From Chrysomallon squamiferum (Eukaryota; Animalia; Mollusca): a stretch of DNA of 64,000 nt. Each line of letters opens with the position of its first letter. The stretch's first letter is position 1. The stretch covers positions 15,190,001 to 15,254,000 of the forward strand of contig CM022679.1 in assembly GCA_012295275.1 (NCBI GenBank), in the 5' to 3' direction. Below the pieces are notes generated by a model, which did no database searches, was not told where the DNA came from, and was given only the letters and a program-made list of their open reading frames with translations. The position numbers and the translations under genes were made by a program. Below, piece by piece: positions 1-14,149 of the stretch.

Positions 1-199
1 ACAGATCTACGTAGAGATAAACAGATAGCATTTATGTATGTGTATGTGTGTGTGTGTGTATACATACAGTAAATATATTTTAAAATTTAACTACAAATTA
101 CACAGTTGCAATTCAGATGATTCCTGATTAAGCCCATTCAAATATTTATAAAACAAAAACAACAACCTTCTTAAGAGCTCTATACGTAAAATATCTACC

Positions 200-530
200 A
201 CCCCTCTAATGTTAAAATAAACCTGTTAAATTATAAACACCTTTTTGTAAAACAGACACTATCGCTTCATTCAGAATATATAAACTCATTTCAACTTTTC
301 AAATAAACCCATCAAATTATGAACCACTTTTTTTATAAAATAAATACTACCCTTTTAACAAAATATCACCCACTGCAACATTCCAAATAAACCCATCAAA
401 TTATGAACCCCTTTTTTGTAAAATAAATACTATCCTTTAACTAAATATATACCATCCAGTGCAACATTCCAAATAAACCCATCAAATTATGAACCCCTTT
501 TTGGTAAAATAAATACTACCCCTTCACCCA
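200..530. repeat. Tandem minisatellite, ~85-bp unit, ~4 copies
   Basis: aaataaacccatcaaattatgaacc recurs at 301, 385 and 471, with a degenerate copy near 215. Confidence 0.85.
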
Positions 531-904
531 TACTCTAAACTGCTACCTCCTCCCTTCATCTGAAAGTGTAAAATGCTTCTTACTTCCCAGTAATAATCCT
601 GAAGATCATACAACAAATTAGAAGTGGCAAAGAACAGTTGTAAAGTCCAAAGCCGCCAAGCTTAAATGTCAGACACATTTCTTCATAGCAACATTCAACA
701 CAAACTTGCAATCAGAAATCCATTAAGAAATTTCGTAACATTTAGCAAGAAGAAGAAGAAGAAGAAGAAAAAAAGGAAATAAAAAAAAAATAAAACACAT
801 TTCAACTGAGAAATGCAATCAGTGTAAGGTTCAGACAAGACAGATAAAGATGTTCTCTTCAGTACAGACGTACTAACTCACAGATTTTCTCTTTTACCTA
901 AAAG

Positions 905-2040
905 ATGGAAGGTTCCTGAATCTAATCATCATATTGATTTTTTATTATCTAGGAAGCATGATAATTTATAACCATATGAACTTTTCTCTTAAAAATCTAG
1001 AGACATATTAACCTGGTATTTAAATAATTAATCATCTGACAGTTCCTGGAACAAACTGTGGTATTGGATTTTTAATCTAAAATTTTATTTGGAAGCATAA
1101 AACTACCATTTGAGATTTTGCAGAAAAATCTAGTGATAGATTAACCTAATATCTAAATATTAAATCATTTAAACTGTGATGATTCCTGGATCAAATTGTC
1201 ACATTTTTTTCTATCTTCAGTTATATTTGCAAGCATAAAGCACCATCAGAGATTTCTCTGAAAAATCTAATGACTTATTAACCTCACGTATAAATGTTAA
1301 ACCATGTAAATACTAAAGGTTCCTGGATTAAAGTCTGAGATTGATTTTTTATCTAAAGTTATTTTTTGAAGTATAAAATTACCATTTTAAGAAAAAAAAT
1401 TACAGACATATTACCAAACAGAAATCAAAACATTTACATAAAAAAACAATATTTCCAAAATTACTGATATTATTCTTATCCACCTAAGTTACTTTAGCAC
1501 AAATGTGTTCATCAGATGACAATCTGAAAATAGATTAATCTAAATGCTATATTAAATATCAAATATTATATTATTTAAAGACTGAATGTTTCTGAATCAA
1601 ATATGAAAAGAGTTTATTTATTTAAATATTATTTTATGAAACATATGTTTACCAATTCTCCGAAAAATCGAAAAATCTATTAAAATATCAGTAAATCTAA
1701 ATTTTAAATAATTTCAGTCTGTAATACTATACATAAAATTCTGATATTGGTTATTTTCAGTGTGAAATAATTTTAAGATACACATATCCACTTAGTGACC
1801 TTTTTAAAACACATCTTGACATATCCATAATGTGACATTTAAAAATCAAACCATCTGAATATTCAAGGTTCATGGATAAATTCTGACAGTTTTTTATTAT
1901 TTTTTTTTTTTTTTTTTTTTAGGGGAGGGGTTGACAGAAGTGTAAGGTTACACTTTCTCATAAAAACTGAGATACATTAAATCTAACATCTAAATATTAA
2001 ATCATGCGAACACTGAATATTCCTGGATCAAGTCAGACTT
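905..2040. repeat. Degenerate tandem array, ~135-140-bp unit, ~8 copies
   Basis: The ttcctg(g/a)atc...gaagcataaa...aaaaatctag...attaacct motif set recurs at ~913, 1043, 1183, 1320, 1589, 1869 and 2019. Confidence 0.7.
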
Positions 2041-3270
2041 CAAATATTTCATTAGTTTTTCCATATTAAAGTACAAAATATAATGAACAGTCAGGCTGGA
2101 TTGGGAAATAAGAATAAGCAATCCTGTGAGACATATCAGTAATAGGATCTCTATTCAGTATCCTAACCATTGATTTCATTGTAAACAAAATATAATTATT
2201 AATTACAACCTATCACAAATAAATAATTTAATACTGCATGTGTCAGGTCAGATACATAATTTAATAAAATGTTAATAACAGGAATGATTTTTATAATTTT
2301 GACTCTTTTATGACAGATAATGACATTTTATTATTATTATTGTTGTTGTTGTTGTTGTTACTATTACTGCTACTACTTACTATCAAATAATTTTACTTAT
2401 TACTACTTTTTTTAATAATTGATTTTATTCCTTAATCTGAACTTTTTAACGATTATTATTTTATTTTATTTTATTAATCAGTTTCATTTAATTATTTAAA
2501 TTAATTAAAAGAAATGTGCTTCATTTTAACTGTAAACTAAAGTGAATTAAAAGAAAAATTAAAATGTTTGTTTTTTTATTTTACTGTAAATTAATTTAAT
2601 TTAATCATCAAACACAACATTTTAAAATTATTACTTTTCTTTCCATTTGTTGATCAAGAAATCACATAAAAACGCAAAATCCCCCCCATAATTTGATTAA
2701 TTAATAACAACTTTAAAACCATTATTATATTATTCATTATTTTTATTTAATTATTCAAGCTGACTGATTTATCTTAATTAAAAGAAAAATTTAAAATGAT
2801 TTTCTTGTTTTACTGCAAACTGATTTAATTTAATCATCGTATAAAAAGAAAAATTAAATTGTTTTTTTCTATCTGATGATAAAGAAATAGCTTTAAAAAA
2901 AAAAAAAAAAAAATAAAATAAAATAAAATAAAATAAAATAAAAAGAAAAAAAATTAAAAAGTTATCTGTACTTTTATTTTTCAGCCTACGAACAGCTTAC
3001 ATAAAATATTTCTTTCTTTCAATCAATAACAACATAATCATTAGCCCACATTTCCTCCATCATTATAAAATATACTGTTTTAAATGTATTAACCCATTAA
3101 TGTAACAGTGAATTGCAAGATCACTAAATTCATTCATAAAAACAACAATCACAATACAGTCTGGTTTAACTTCTACAGACACTTATTAATTATTATTAAC
3201 TAGCAATATCATCATACAGTCAAAAAACAACATGGTCTTCCACAAACCTGTCTGTTTTTGAAAATATTAC

Positions 3271-3368
3271 AAACTGCCCAATGACGAGGATTGATCCTGC
3301 AACCTACCAAGCTTCAGCCAATGTTCTAACCACTGCACTTACATATACTCCTACTACGCCAGTTTTGG
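3271..3368 (-). mobile_element. Decayed tRNA-derived SINE head
   Basis: Minus strand reads gtaagtgcagtggttaga (A-box-like) ... gcaggatcaatcctcgtcattgggc (B-box-like) with tRNA-like spacing; no intact cloverleaf. Confidence 0.5.
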
Positions 3369-3985
3369 CATTAACCTCAGCAAACACAATAAAGACATCT
3401 GATCAAGCCAGTTCTGATAATAAATTAACTGTCTAGAAATAAAGCGTTCAAATCATACTGTGCTCTTTATAAATACTATCAGACAGAAAGTGTTGTCTGT
3501 CTGTAGGTCTATCCTCTTAGTCAAGCTGAAATATATACACTTTCTATATACATATATTATTACCTATTCAGACAGAATGCACTCTTTTTCTCTTCTCTCG
3601 GTGTTCCCCTTAATTTGACTGTGTCTATCTTACAGTTTTCATCACTTTTCAGTGTGTATGTGTTATGTGTTTATTTTTGTGTATGATAGTTTGTTTACAG
3701 TTTGTTTTGTCAGTTTGTGTGTTTGTGTGTGTCTGTATCTTTGATATATTATGTTAACAGGGTCATATAAGTAAATTAATGTATTCTAAAATATATACAG
3801 ATATATATATATATACAAACACACACATACACAGACAGACAGACAAACCATGCAGAAAACTGTGAATTTCTATGCAGATTGTCTGCTCATGCACCAATTT
3901 ATTCAACTTTTTTACACAATATGCACTTATATAACAAATTGTTTATCAGCTGTGTATAAATATGTTTTTTTTAAATTATTCTAAA

Positions 3986-4018
<33 letters not shown>

Positions 4019-4040
4019 CATCATTTGTTAACACATGTAC

Positions 4041-4382
4041 CTTGAGGAGAGTCACTTCCTGTGTTTTGCTGATATTTGCTCGATACATTTTGTTCCACTG
4101 CTGTTGTCACAGCCGATGACCCACTTACAGCGATGTTAGGAGGAGAAGTCTTCAACGCAGAGGTGGACGAAATTTTGACAATGTCTGGAGGTGAGTTTCT
4201 CAAACTGTCTGGAGATTTGCTCACAACTTGTGGCGAAGTTCGAATAAGTACTGGAGGGGAGTTGTGGCTGTTGCTGTTGTTACTGTTGTTGCTGTCAGTG
4301 ACAACCTCTTCCTGCCCTGCTGATGGAACCCTATCACCAGGACCCATATTTACCTCAGACTCACCCCTCCACATGTGCATAG
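4041..4382 (-). CDS. Coding exon of an unidentified minus-strand gene (Ser/Pro/Asn-rich, probably disordered N-terminal region; gene continues beyond window start)
   Basis: GC-richer, stop-free ORF (MHMWRGESEV...GSDSPQ) bounded on the minus strand by the strong acceptor tgtgttttctaatttcag and the donor AAG|gtacat (phase 1). Family not recognised. Confidence 0.8.
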
Positions 4383-4987
4383 CTGAAATTAGAAAACACA
4401 GGCATAAAGTACACTGATATGCTATGCACTGAATACAATCTCATAGAGCATATTAACTCATTCCATTTTGTATCTAATAAACTTTGGGTTTAGGTGTGTT
4501 TTTTTTCTTAATTTTATCTACCATTCAGTTTTTAAAATTTTTTCTTTTTTCTTTTTCTGCTGTTTACTGGCAATGAGCTGAATGAACTCCAGTGGGAATG
4601 TGTAAACTAAATGTAGAATGAAGTAAATGACATATGACATATTAATACACAACCTTTATGCATGGAATAACGCAACATGTTTTTATTGTCATTATTATTA
4701 CTTATTAAGGGATTTTAAAAATCTGAATGTGAAACATTAATCAACTGATATAAATCAATTTCTTTATAAGCAAAATTAGCTTTACTTTAAAAAATAAAAT
4801 TTAAAAAAAAAAGCAATTAATAAAATATGATAAATATTTGAAGTACGAGTTTTTCGCTTTGTGATGTTTTGTGGTTATTCTGGAGGGGTTTTATTGTTTT
4901 ATTAGATTTGTAACAGATACCTATCAGCTGAATCAAACATTTTTATAAATTGGTATTCAAAACAGTAAACACATCAAGAGTACTCAG

Positions 4988-4989
<2 letters not shown>

Positions 4990-5055
<66 letters not shown>

Positions 5056-5200
5056 ATTTTATATGTGTGTGTGTGTGTGTGTGTATACACATTCACACAC
5101 ACATACATACAAACATATATAAACACACATACATATGTACAGATATACATACATGTGATTATGTGTGTGAGTGTAAACAGAAAGAAAGAGAGAGAGAGAG
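4990..5200. repeat. Compound microsatellite (CT)n-(TA)n-(TG)n-(CA)/(GA)
   Basis: Directly visible; generates several spurious ORFs. Confidence 0.95.
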
Positions 5201-5614
5201 AAATGGATATAGATACATATGATAAATATATATATAATTTTTTTTTTACTTGTCCTGTGATTGTATATGTGCAGAACATCCAAATATCCACATCTCAATC
5301 CAAGCACTGTGTTAACATTCATTTTATCTTTAGTTACAGATTAAAATATCACAAACACTTCTAACCTATGCACTACCATTTCTCAGAACCCACAACCTTT
5401 TTATGTACCTTTAGAAAACTGATGCACATAAAAAATATAAAACATGTTTTATTTTATTTTTTCACTAATAAATATCCAGCAGATGAAAGAACAAACAGTA
5501 CAGCTTATGATCAATATATAACCACAATTGGACAGAAATGTTAAGTGTAAATTTAAGTGGAAGAATTTTCGATACTTGTTTTTTTTCTTTTTACATTTTA
5601 TGCTGCTGTCAAGA

Positions 5615-5618
<4 letters not shown>

Positions 5619-5668
<50 letters not shown>
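5619..5668. repeat. (TG)25 microsatellite
   Basis: Directly visible. Confidence 0.97.
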
Positions 5669-5669
<1 letters not shown>

Positions 5670-6099
5670 CATGATTAAATTTTGATTAAAACAAATAAAT
5701 TTATAAAAAGCCTAAAAGGACCATAACTGTACAACATTTGTACAACCCTTGAATGTATGACAATCTAATTTATTGTTCAACAACTGAAAGAAAAATAATT
5801 TTGTAATATTCCAGTGTGTAAAAATTTTGTAACACTCCAGAGTGTAATAATATAATTTAAGTAAGCACTTCAATTTGTAATAAAGTAATTCAAACTTATT
5901 TAAAAAATTTAAAAATAACAGATCATATTTTGCAACAGTTAATAAAAATAAAACAGCAATACTTCAACTATATAATAATAAATGTCTTTGAATTATGACT
6001 GTAAAAGAGTTATGGCTCATAATTTATTACTGCTTCAAGGTACAGCAGACAACGACAATATACATTAACAGGAAATGTGGAACTGATCTCAATTTTGTA

Positions 6100-6560
6100 G
6101 CACTTAAAACTGAACTTATTCCAAAATGCAACAACTGGATTACAATCCATGCATGCAAAAAATGGATCATACTTTAAAAGGAATTCAAGTAAAACAATGA
6201 CAATAACAGGATAAAAATGTTACATCAGCAAAGTTTTTTCCAGTGCAGCTTAATACAACTAACCTTATCCTAAATGAATAACAAGTGGATCATAATTTCA
6301 TAACATTTCATTCAAATTTATCCTGATGAATAACAACTGGATCATAATTTAATAACACTTCAGCTCAATTTATTCTAATCAATAACAACTGGATCATAAT
6401 AGCTAACAATACAACTAACCGTATCCTAATCAGCAACTACTGAACTATAATTCCATAACACTTCAACTACTTCAATTCAACATCATATACAACTGGGTTT
6501 TAATTTGTGACATTTCAACTAAACCTATCCTAACAGACATACAGGATCATAGTTTCTGAA
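6100..6560. repeat. Degenerate tandem array, ~50-57-bp unit
   Basis: ttatcct...aataacaactggatcataat repeated at ~6265, 6318, 6370 and 6422, with decayed copies on either side. Confidence 0.75.
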
Positions 6561-6632
6561 GAATTTTAGCTAAGCTGATTATATTGCAATTATAAGGATT
6601 CAGCAGACATATCTAAATAACAATCATTAAAA

Positions 6633-6667
<35 letters not shown>

Positions 6668-8387
6668 AATCAGTAATAAAAAATTAGACTAGTTTTAAAT
6701 TTTTAAAATCTACTTTATCTTTCATGAAATAAATACCTAATTTATCTTTGTTTTGGTGTTATTTTTTTTTTTTATTTTTTTTATAGAAATTAAAGTATGC
6801 AAAATAGTCAATTTAAAAAAAAAAAAAAAAAACACCAAACCATAAATTTGTTTTTTTAAACTGAAACTTGATATCTGATTTCAAATTCTCTTTTTAATAT
6901 TTGTTTTTATCTGAATTAGAAAAAATTAATTTTAAAAAATAAAAAAATAATTAAAAAAAAAATATTATTCTGGTTACCTTAACTATAACTACCAGCTAAT
7001 CAAATCACCTACATTCAAGAAATAAAGCCATCTGATCGCTGAAAGTCATTATCATAATTATACTCTAAGCAATAATATACCATATTAACATATATATTAA
7101 ATACTTTCCAAAAAATCACACTGTTTACAACACTGTCCTAAACTGTGTTTCAATGTACCAGACAGTTCATTATGACATGGCCCTGCTGTGCGGCAGTTTA
7201 TATAAAAAGTAATACATAATTATACAGTGTTTAGTTCCATTGTTCAGCAACAGCATTGAAAAGTCAATAACTATACACACCCACAACACATGTGTTGCAT
7301 GTTCTGATATAACATATTATTTAACTAGCACCTCAAGATGAAAATGTCTGAAATTCAATACAGAGATATGTGGGACACCAGAGGAATTTTTCAGACCATT
7401 GTTCAGTAACAGTTTTTGATCCCAGTGCTGAAATGTTATAGCCTGTGTTGCTACCTCACTGCAGTAAAAAATTAAAATGTATGATTGTACATATACATGA
7501 TTTCAGGTTGTTATGAAGAAAAAAAGGGGGAGGGGTCTGTTTGTAGTTATATGATTTTTTTTCATTTTTTTTGTTTTAAATAAATTTTGTAATAAAAATG
7601 CTAGAACACAAATTAGTTTCTTTAAAAAAAAAAAGTAACCAACAAACAAACAAACAAACAAACAAACAAACAAACAAACAAAACAACAAAAACAAAAAGT
7701 GCAAATGATAAATAGCACAACTGTTGTGACAATTAATAAAAGAATTTGAACTTTTTACAGACATGTATTTAAAAGTATTTACATAAATAAAATAAAATAA
7801 AATAAAAATAAAACAAAAATTTAACACAAACATTAATGTAATACATCCAGTATTAACAATTTAAAACAAAATTTTCTCATTCAGTTTTGTCCACCTACGC
7901 ATTCAAATATACAGGCTATTAAAATGTCCCAATACAGATTGTCAATGTGACACGCTGGTTAATGTTTTTTATTTTCTTCACTAAGAAATCCAGTAATATA
8001 CATCTGTTATTGGTGTTTGACAGTTTAACAACTTTCAGGATATCCAAGATGTCATTCTTCAAAGCCAAAACATTGGACGTATGTCAGAAAATATTTTTCA
8101 AAGAATGGCAATAAATATCTGTGCTAAACTGAACAGCAAGCAAAAACCTAATTTCAATTTCTAAAATAATAATAATAAATGAAAAAAAGACTTATTTAAA
8201 TTATTATTATTATTATTATTATTATTATTTTTTTTTTTTTTTTTTTTTTTTTTTAATGTACATGCAGTGAAATGATTTTTTTTTTTTTAGCTGTTATAAT
8301 AGTGGGGGAAAATAATAATAATTAAAGAACCTGTTAATCAAAGGAGAAGAAATGGTAACAGTTCTTAGCTCAAGTTCATGTTTACAG

Positions 8388-8465
8388 TGTAGGAGTGGGT
8401 TTGTAGTTCAGTGGTTAAATTTCTCATAATGCATGACAGGCACCAGGATCAATTTTCAATAACGA
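8388..8465 (+). mobile_element. Decayed tRNA-derived SINE head
   Basis: gtagttcagtggttaa (A-box-like) ... ccaggatcaattt (B-box-like); resembles the element at 3271-3368. Confidence 0.45.
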
Positions 8466-8764
8466 CTATAAAAAGTTGGTTATTTTTAAATCCTGCCTGC
8501 GGATCTATATTTATCCTTTTTTATTTTATTTTATTTTATTTTATTTTATTTTATTTTATTTTATTTTTTTTTTTATTTATTTTTATTTTTGTTAAAATAT
8601 AAAAAAAAATTAATCAGAACTGAAGAATAACTTATGTGGAATCAGTATGTTCCATCTCTGATAAACCTAAAAATAATTCAGTGAACATCACACTCCTGTT
8701 TTATAGGCACAATGTTAACCCTTTGAAAAATAATAAAATTTAAAAAACAAAAAAATTAATAATA

Positions 8765-8801
<37 letters not shown>

Positions 8802-9341
8802 TAAAAAACAGCAGTAATTATTTAATTCTTACTCATTTCTATTTTAAATAGTGAAAATTTAAACATTATACTAATGTTTTTTCTTAATATGCAGGATACT
8901 TCTGACTGACTTCTCAGTGGTTTTACTCTTTTCTAACTTTGTAATGGGTCACCTGTATGCAGCTTATTAAGAATGCTTCTCGTGTGCTGTGTGTTGTATT
9001 AACATAAACAGAGCAGTACATTACTGTGCATTCAGAAAGTAAAATATATGCTAATATTAATTTCTAAAAACAACAGGTCATTTAACATGAATAAGTATAA
9101 CACAGATTTGTCCCTCAAAGGAGATGCACACAAACAGAATATATAATATATACACCAAATACACATTAGATAAGTAAACACAGAGAAACCTATACACATA
9201 CCTACATACATACAAATCCACTAACTTTTGTTATTTCTAAATAAACCTGAAATGCATACAGGGTATTAAGTTCATCACTTTTTTTTACTGAATTTTTCAA
9301 AGAGTATACTTTACATCAAACCACACCTTTTTTTTTTTTTT

Positions 9342-9372
<31 letters not shown>

Positions 9373-10338
9373 CCCCAGTTCCTAATAGTTAATGTGATAT
9401 GTAGGAAATATGCTGTTATAAACTTATAATCACATTTCAAGTTATTATATATATACACAAACCATAATAATAAAAAAATTATGTAAACATGTAGCTGCCA
9501 TAGATCATATACCAATAAGTGTCCCCTATTACTATCATAACAAAAAAACAGCCAGAACTTTAATTAATATGTGTATGTACGTGTGTGTGTGTGTGTATGT
9601 GTGTTAAGTGAAGTTTAGGTAGGGGTTTATAAGAAGTTCAGTATATCTTGATAGCTATACAATGGTAAACTCTCTTATAAAATCATGGTTCTAATTCCTA
9701 CTTGGTTCATCTAGAGTTTACATTTTTTATATTAAAACTAGCATTATTATTATTTCAAGTTTTAATTTCAAGTCGGTTCAACCCCGAACTTTATATAAAT
9801 GAAATTTATTATTAATAGTTTTAAACCTAGTGACACTTTTAAGTTTCCAAATATAACTAAATTTAATTTTCTTTTTCATTTTTATTTTTTGTTTTGTGAA
9901 AATCCTACTTGCAGTTTATTTATTCTTAAAATGTTAAAAAAAAAAAAAAAAAAAAAGTATTAATGTTTTCAGCTACAACTCTCATTTAAAATTTAAAACA
10001 ATTCCAAACGAAAATATAAAAAACAAGAATTTTATTTTATTAAGAACTAAGTATTTGTCAGACCAAATTCTGACAAACAAATTTAAAATATTTTCTATTA
10101 AAACCGACAATTAAAAATACCTTACAATTTAAAAATATAAAGTAATAAATATATACATTAATAACTATGTTTCAACCTTCTATAATAAATAAATAAAAAA
10201 CCTAAAAAAACTATTGTGGTCAATCCATACAGTGTTAATACTAATACTAATATTGTAATTTAATGATCATTGATGGTAATTAAAATTATAAAATTATTCT
10301 TTCAAAATTAACAACAATCTAATCAGTTTAAACACACA

Positions 10339-10370
<32 letters not shown>

Positions 10371-12256
10371 TTAAAAATGTTTTCAGAATATTTTTACTGT
10401 GTATAGATCTTATTTAAATTTACAATGCTTAAAAGCATTTTTAATTACTAATGTTTTGTAACTAAAAATGTCTGAAAATGTTTAAAAAGATTAGATATAT
10501 ATAATTAGAAAAAGAAAATTCAGTAGATTGTCATTTACATTTTACATTAAATATGGCAAATATGGTAGTTTATTGGGATTTTTTGTTGCTTTTTTTGAGA
10601 GGAGATGGGTGTTTTTTTTCAATTAAATATATTTAACAAATTTGATGTAGATAAAATCAAAATAAATTAATAATAAATTAAAAATGATAGCAGTAGAAAC
10701 AGCAACAAACCAATCATGAAATGAAATAAAATATTAATGTAATAAAGGAATAACTTTTCAAAAATCTTTTTATAATAACAAAAAATTTAAGACAGTTTAA
10801 GAATTTAATTTAAAATTACAAAAAAAAAACCAAATAAAAAAAATAAATTAATTAAAAGTATCTAATTAACCATAAACTGTCAACCTAATTATTTTAATGT
10901 ATCTCTAAAAATAAAATGTAAAAAAATGAATATTTTAATGTTTTTAAAAGAGTATTACCTTTTCTCCACGAAATAAGTCTTGTCAAAATACAAATTTAAA
11001 TTTTAAAATATGGATGCCAAGTTAAGAAAATTAATATTATAACTGAAAAAAATAAAAATGAATACGGAGACAAATAAAAATCACAGATACCCAATCTGAC
11101 TGCTGTTCTACAGAACTTAATGAAAGATTATATAGAGGTAAATTATAAGTATGAATTAAGTACACTTAAGCTGAAATGTGGAATTACTATGCTATATTTA
11201 CTTTGTATACCCAATAAGAATTTAGACCATTAAATTAAGATCAAAGAAATGTTTACATGAAGTCCATAGCTAGTAATACATTAAATATCACTTAAAAATT
11301 GATTACTCTTGTTTATAAACAGAAAACTTGAAACTCAAAAATAACAGCTTCTTAGAGGAACAACTGCTTTGAAAATGACAGAATTCATTATAAATATGAT
11401 TAAAATAAATATCAAATATCAAAGATATAAGACAGACTGATATCAAGTGTTTGCATCACTTACTGTTTTAAATTTTTGTTTTTTAAATAATCAGTGGCCA
11501 ATTCAGAATGCAATTCCCTTGACATTGTTTTCTTTCACTTCACAAAAAAGCATGGTTTTTATCTTATACTCTATATATACTGAAACAGAGAGAGACTCAT
11601 ATAAAATTCAGTGATAGAGATCAAAAGTTTTTAAATGTTTATAAATACTAATCTTCAAATTTTATTATTCTGAAAAGAAATAAAAAATTATTCTATTTCA
11701 GTTAAATTTAAAATAATAAGAGACATACAGACAGAAATTCAATAATTTGGCAAATTTCAAATTAAAGTAGAAGAAATTTAAGTATTTCCAACGGCTTCTA
11801 CCAAAAATTATAAATAAAATTTAAAAAATTAAAAACTACTCCTTTTGTAACATTCAGGAAACATGTATGTCTGTTACTAGTTACATGTATTATGTAACAA
11901 TGCATTTTGAACGTTACAGACTTTATTATAGTTTAATACACCACTAAAAACACTTATAACTGTAAAAACATATCTAACAAGACATGTATTAATTTACATA
12001 AACACATTTTTTTTTTTTTTTTAAAACTAGACTGGTATTTGTTTTTTATTAGCTTATTATACAGGTTGCTTTGACCCAAGTGTAAAAATAATACCACTCA
12101 ATCAGCACTTGGTTACCTCAGTAATCCTATTTTCTCCAGTACCTTATTAAATAAAGATAGATTTAAACACTTTTTATTTTATATATATATATATATATAT
12201 TAATATTACTTTGTAATTTTATACCTTTAGGTATTTTTTATTGCATTATAGTTACT

Positions 12257-12294
<38 letters not shown>

Positions 12295-13977
12295 GTTATT
12301 ATTATTATTATTATTATAAAGATTAATCAATTTATGAAAATGATAAATAAATAAATATAAAATAATTGTTAATTCCTTCTGATAAAAGTTAAAATATTAT
12401 TAAGTTAAAATGCCAACTTTCTCTTACAAAATCATTTAATTAATAATGTTATTATATATATATATATATAAATTTTAATCATTTGGAAAGAAAATTTTAA
12501 AACTTCAGTATTCAGATAAAAAAAAATAAAAAAATAAAAAAAATAAAAGAAAGACATTTTTTAGCATACCAATTCAAAAGTAAATCATTTATTTATACAT
12601 TAAACCTCTGTCAATATCTGATGGATTAATATATAACAATCACTAAAAACAAAACTTTCAGAAATGCTACAGATTATGACTAACATAAATTATTCTTTTT
12701 TATAAAATATAGTCATACAAATTAAATATATGTTTGATTCATAAAAAATCAAGTTAAAGTCAGAAATATTTTGACTACAATAAAACAAATTCAGTTATTT
12801 GATTTGAACATAATTATATTCTCCTATTCATAATTAACAGCACTTTTCTCAAAATGTATCAAGTTACCTTAAATATATATATTTTTTTAATTTTTTAATT
12901 TTAATTTTTTTTTTACTGATTTATTAAAAATTAAACTACAGTGAAATGTAAATGTATATGCATTTATATTCATAACACCCGAGCTTTCTGTTTCCTGATT
13001 CATAAATATTATAATATAATGTATATAAAATTATTTGATTTAATAATGCTGACTACTACATATTTATTTTAGGAGTAACTAAGCGACAGTTACAGTAAAT
13101 ATATATTGTAAATCTACAACAGATTTAAATGTATTTGATCGTCCATGTATCACAGCGATTATATATCGAACATTTGTTTTACGTCATTTAACCTTAACAG
13201 AACTTTAGAAATCAGCCATGCAGAACACAAGATACATTCTGAAATTATAATATAACACTTACCTAGAAAAATCTAACCTTAAAGTCATAATTTTCTGAAT
13301 TTGTCACAGATAACTTTCCCTTTAAAATTAGGTCAACATCGAGACTGCATGGATACCGAATATAATATACATCAATGTCGCAATAACCTGGTTGCGAGTT
13401 TTAAAAGTAGGAAAAACAATTAATTTTTTAATTCTTTTTTTTAAACCACAAACGAAGTACTTGTAACAGTAAATAAAAATGCTACACAAAATATCCGTCT
13501 GACAGGTAATTCTTGAGCTGACATATATTCCAAAGAATGACATACATGTAACTTCACCTTAGTCCAGTGTTTCATTCAGGGAATAATCACTGCAACAGAA
13601 AATCAACACATCTGACCTATTTTCAATCAGAAATGACCCAACTACTGGACTCGGCTCATATTCTTTAACAGTGTCCAAAAAACCTATCAACTGCGATAGG
13701 CACTGACTTCTGGTTTTCTCGCTTCCAAAACCGTTTCACCAGACATGTCAAACGGGACATCAAGGTACATTTTTCGCATTACTAATTCACGAAGGCGTTG
13801 ACCTATTTTTTTTCAGACAAAGCCATGCACTAAACACGTCCCGTGTCTAGGCTACTGTCACACTGGAACATGCAGTTAGACAGTAGTTGGGAGACCGTTT
13901 CATAAGTCCAAAAACAAAAGTTTACCCTTAATCCTCTCGATCTGTGAATCTATAGCCTAATTTAATTGACGACTTAC

Positions 13978-14029
13978 CCTGTGGGACGGGGCAACCGCAA
14001 TCACCCGTCATTGACCGACTTTCCTCCAT
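13978..14029 (-). CDS. Predicted first coding exon of the minus-strand gene (MEESRSMTGDCGCPVPQ)
   Basis: ATG at 14029 has an in-frame upstream TAG. It is followed by 52 nt to a consensus donor AGG|gtaagt. The phase-1 end joins exon 4382 in frame (G+CT=Ala, then MHMW). Lies inside the CpG-rich island. Confidence 0.65.
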
Positions 14030-14149
14030 CACAGTCCGTGTGTAACCCTTGACCTATTTCTGACGTTCATTCCCAGAGTTCTCTTTCCAAAATGTCAGCG
14101 TCCATAGAATCACTCCCCTTTCCAAAATAATATTCAGTAATAATACTAT

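Noticed and set aside
3271-3368. Possible tRNA gene
   Set aside because: A/B-box-like motifs only; acceptor and anticodon stems cannot be formed, so it is called a SINE remnant.
3838-3888. Imperfect hairpin agacaa…gcagaaa / tttct…ttgtct
   Set aside because: Too short and mismatched for a pre-miRNA; partly built from a (CAGA)n repeat.
4076-4417. 113-aa + strand ORF with poly-Leu
   Set aside because: Antisense shadow of the minus-strand exon; the splice signals support the minus strand.
4950-5364. Four overlapping ORFs (SLSLSL, ERERER, CVCV, HTHT)
   Set aside because: Translations of dinucleotide microsatellites.
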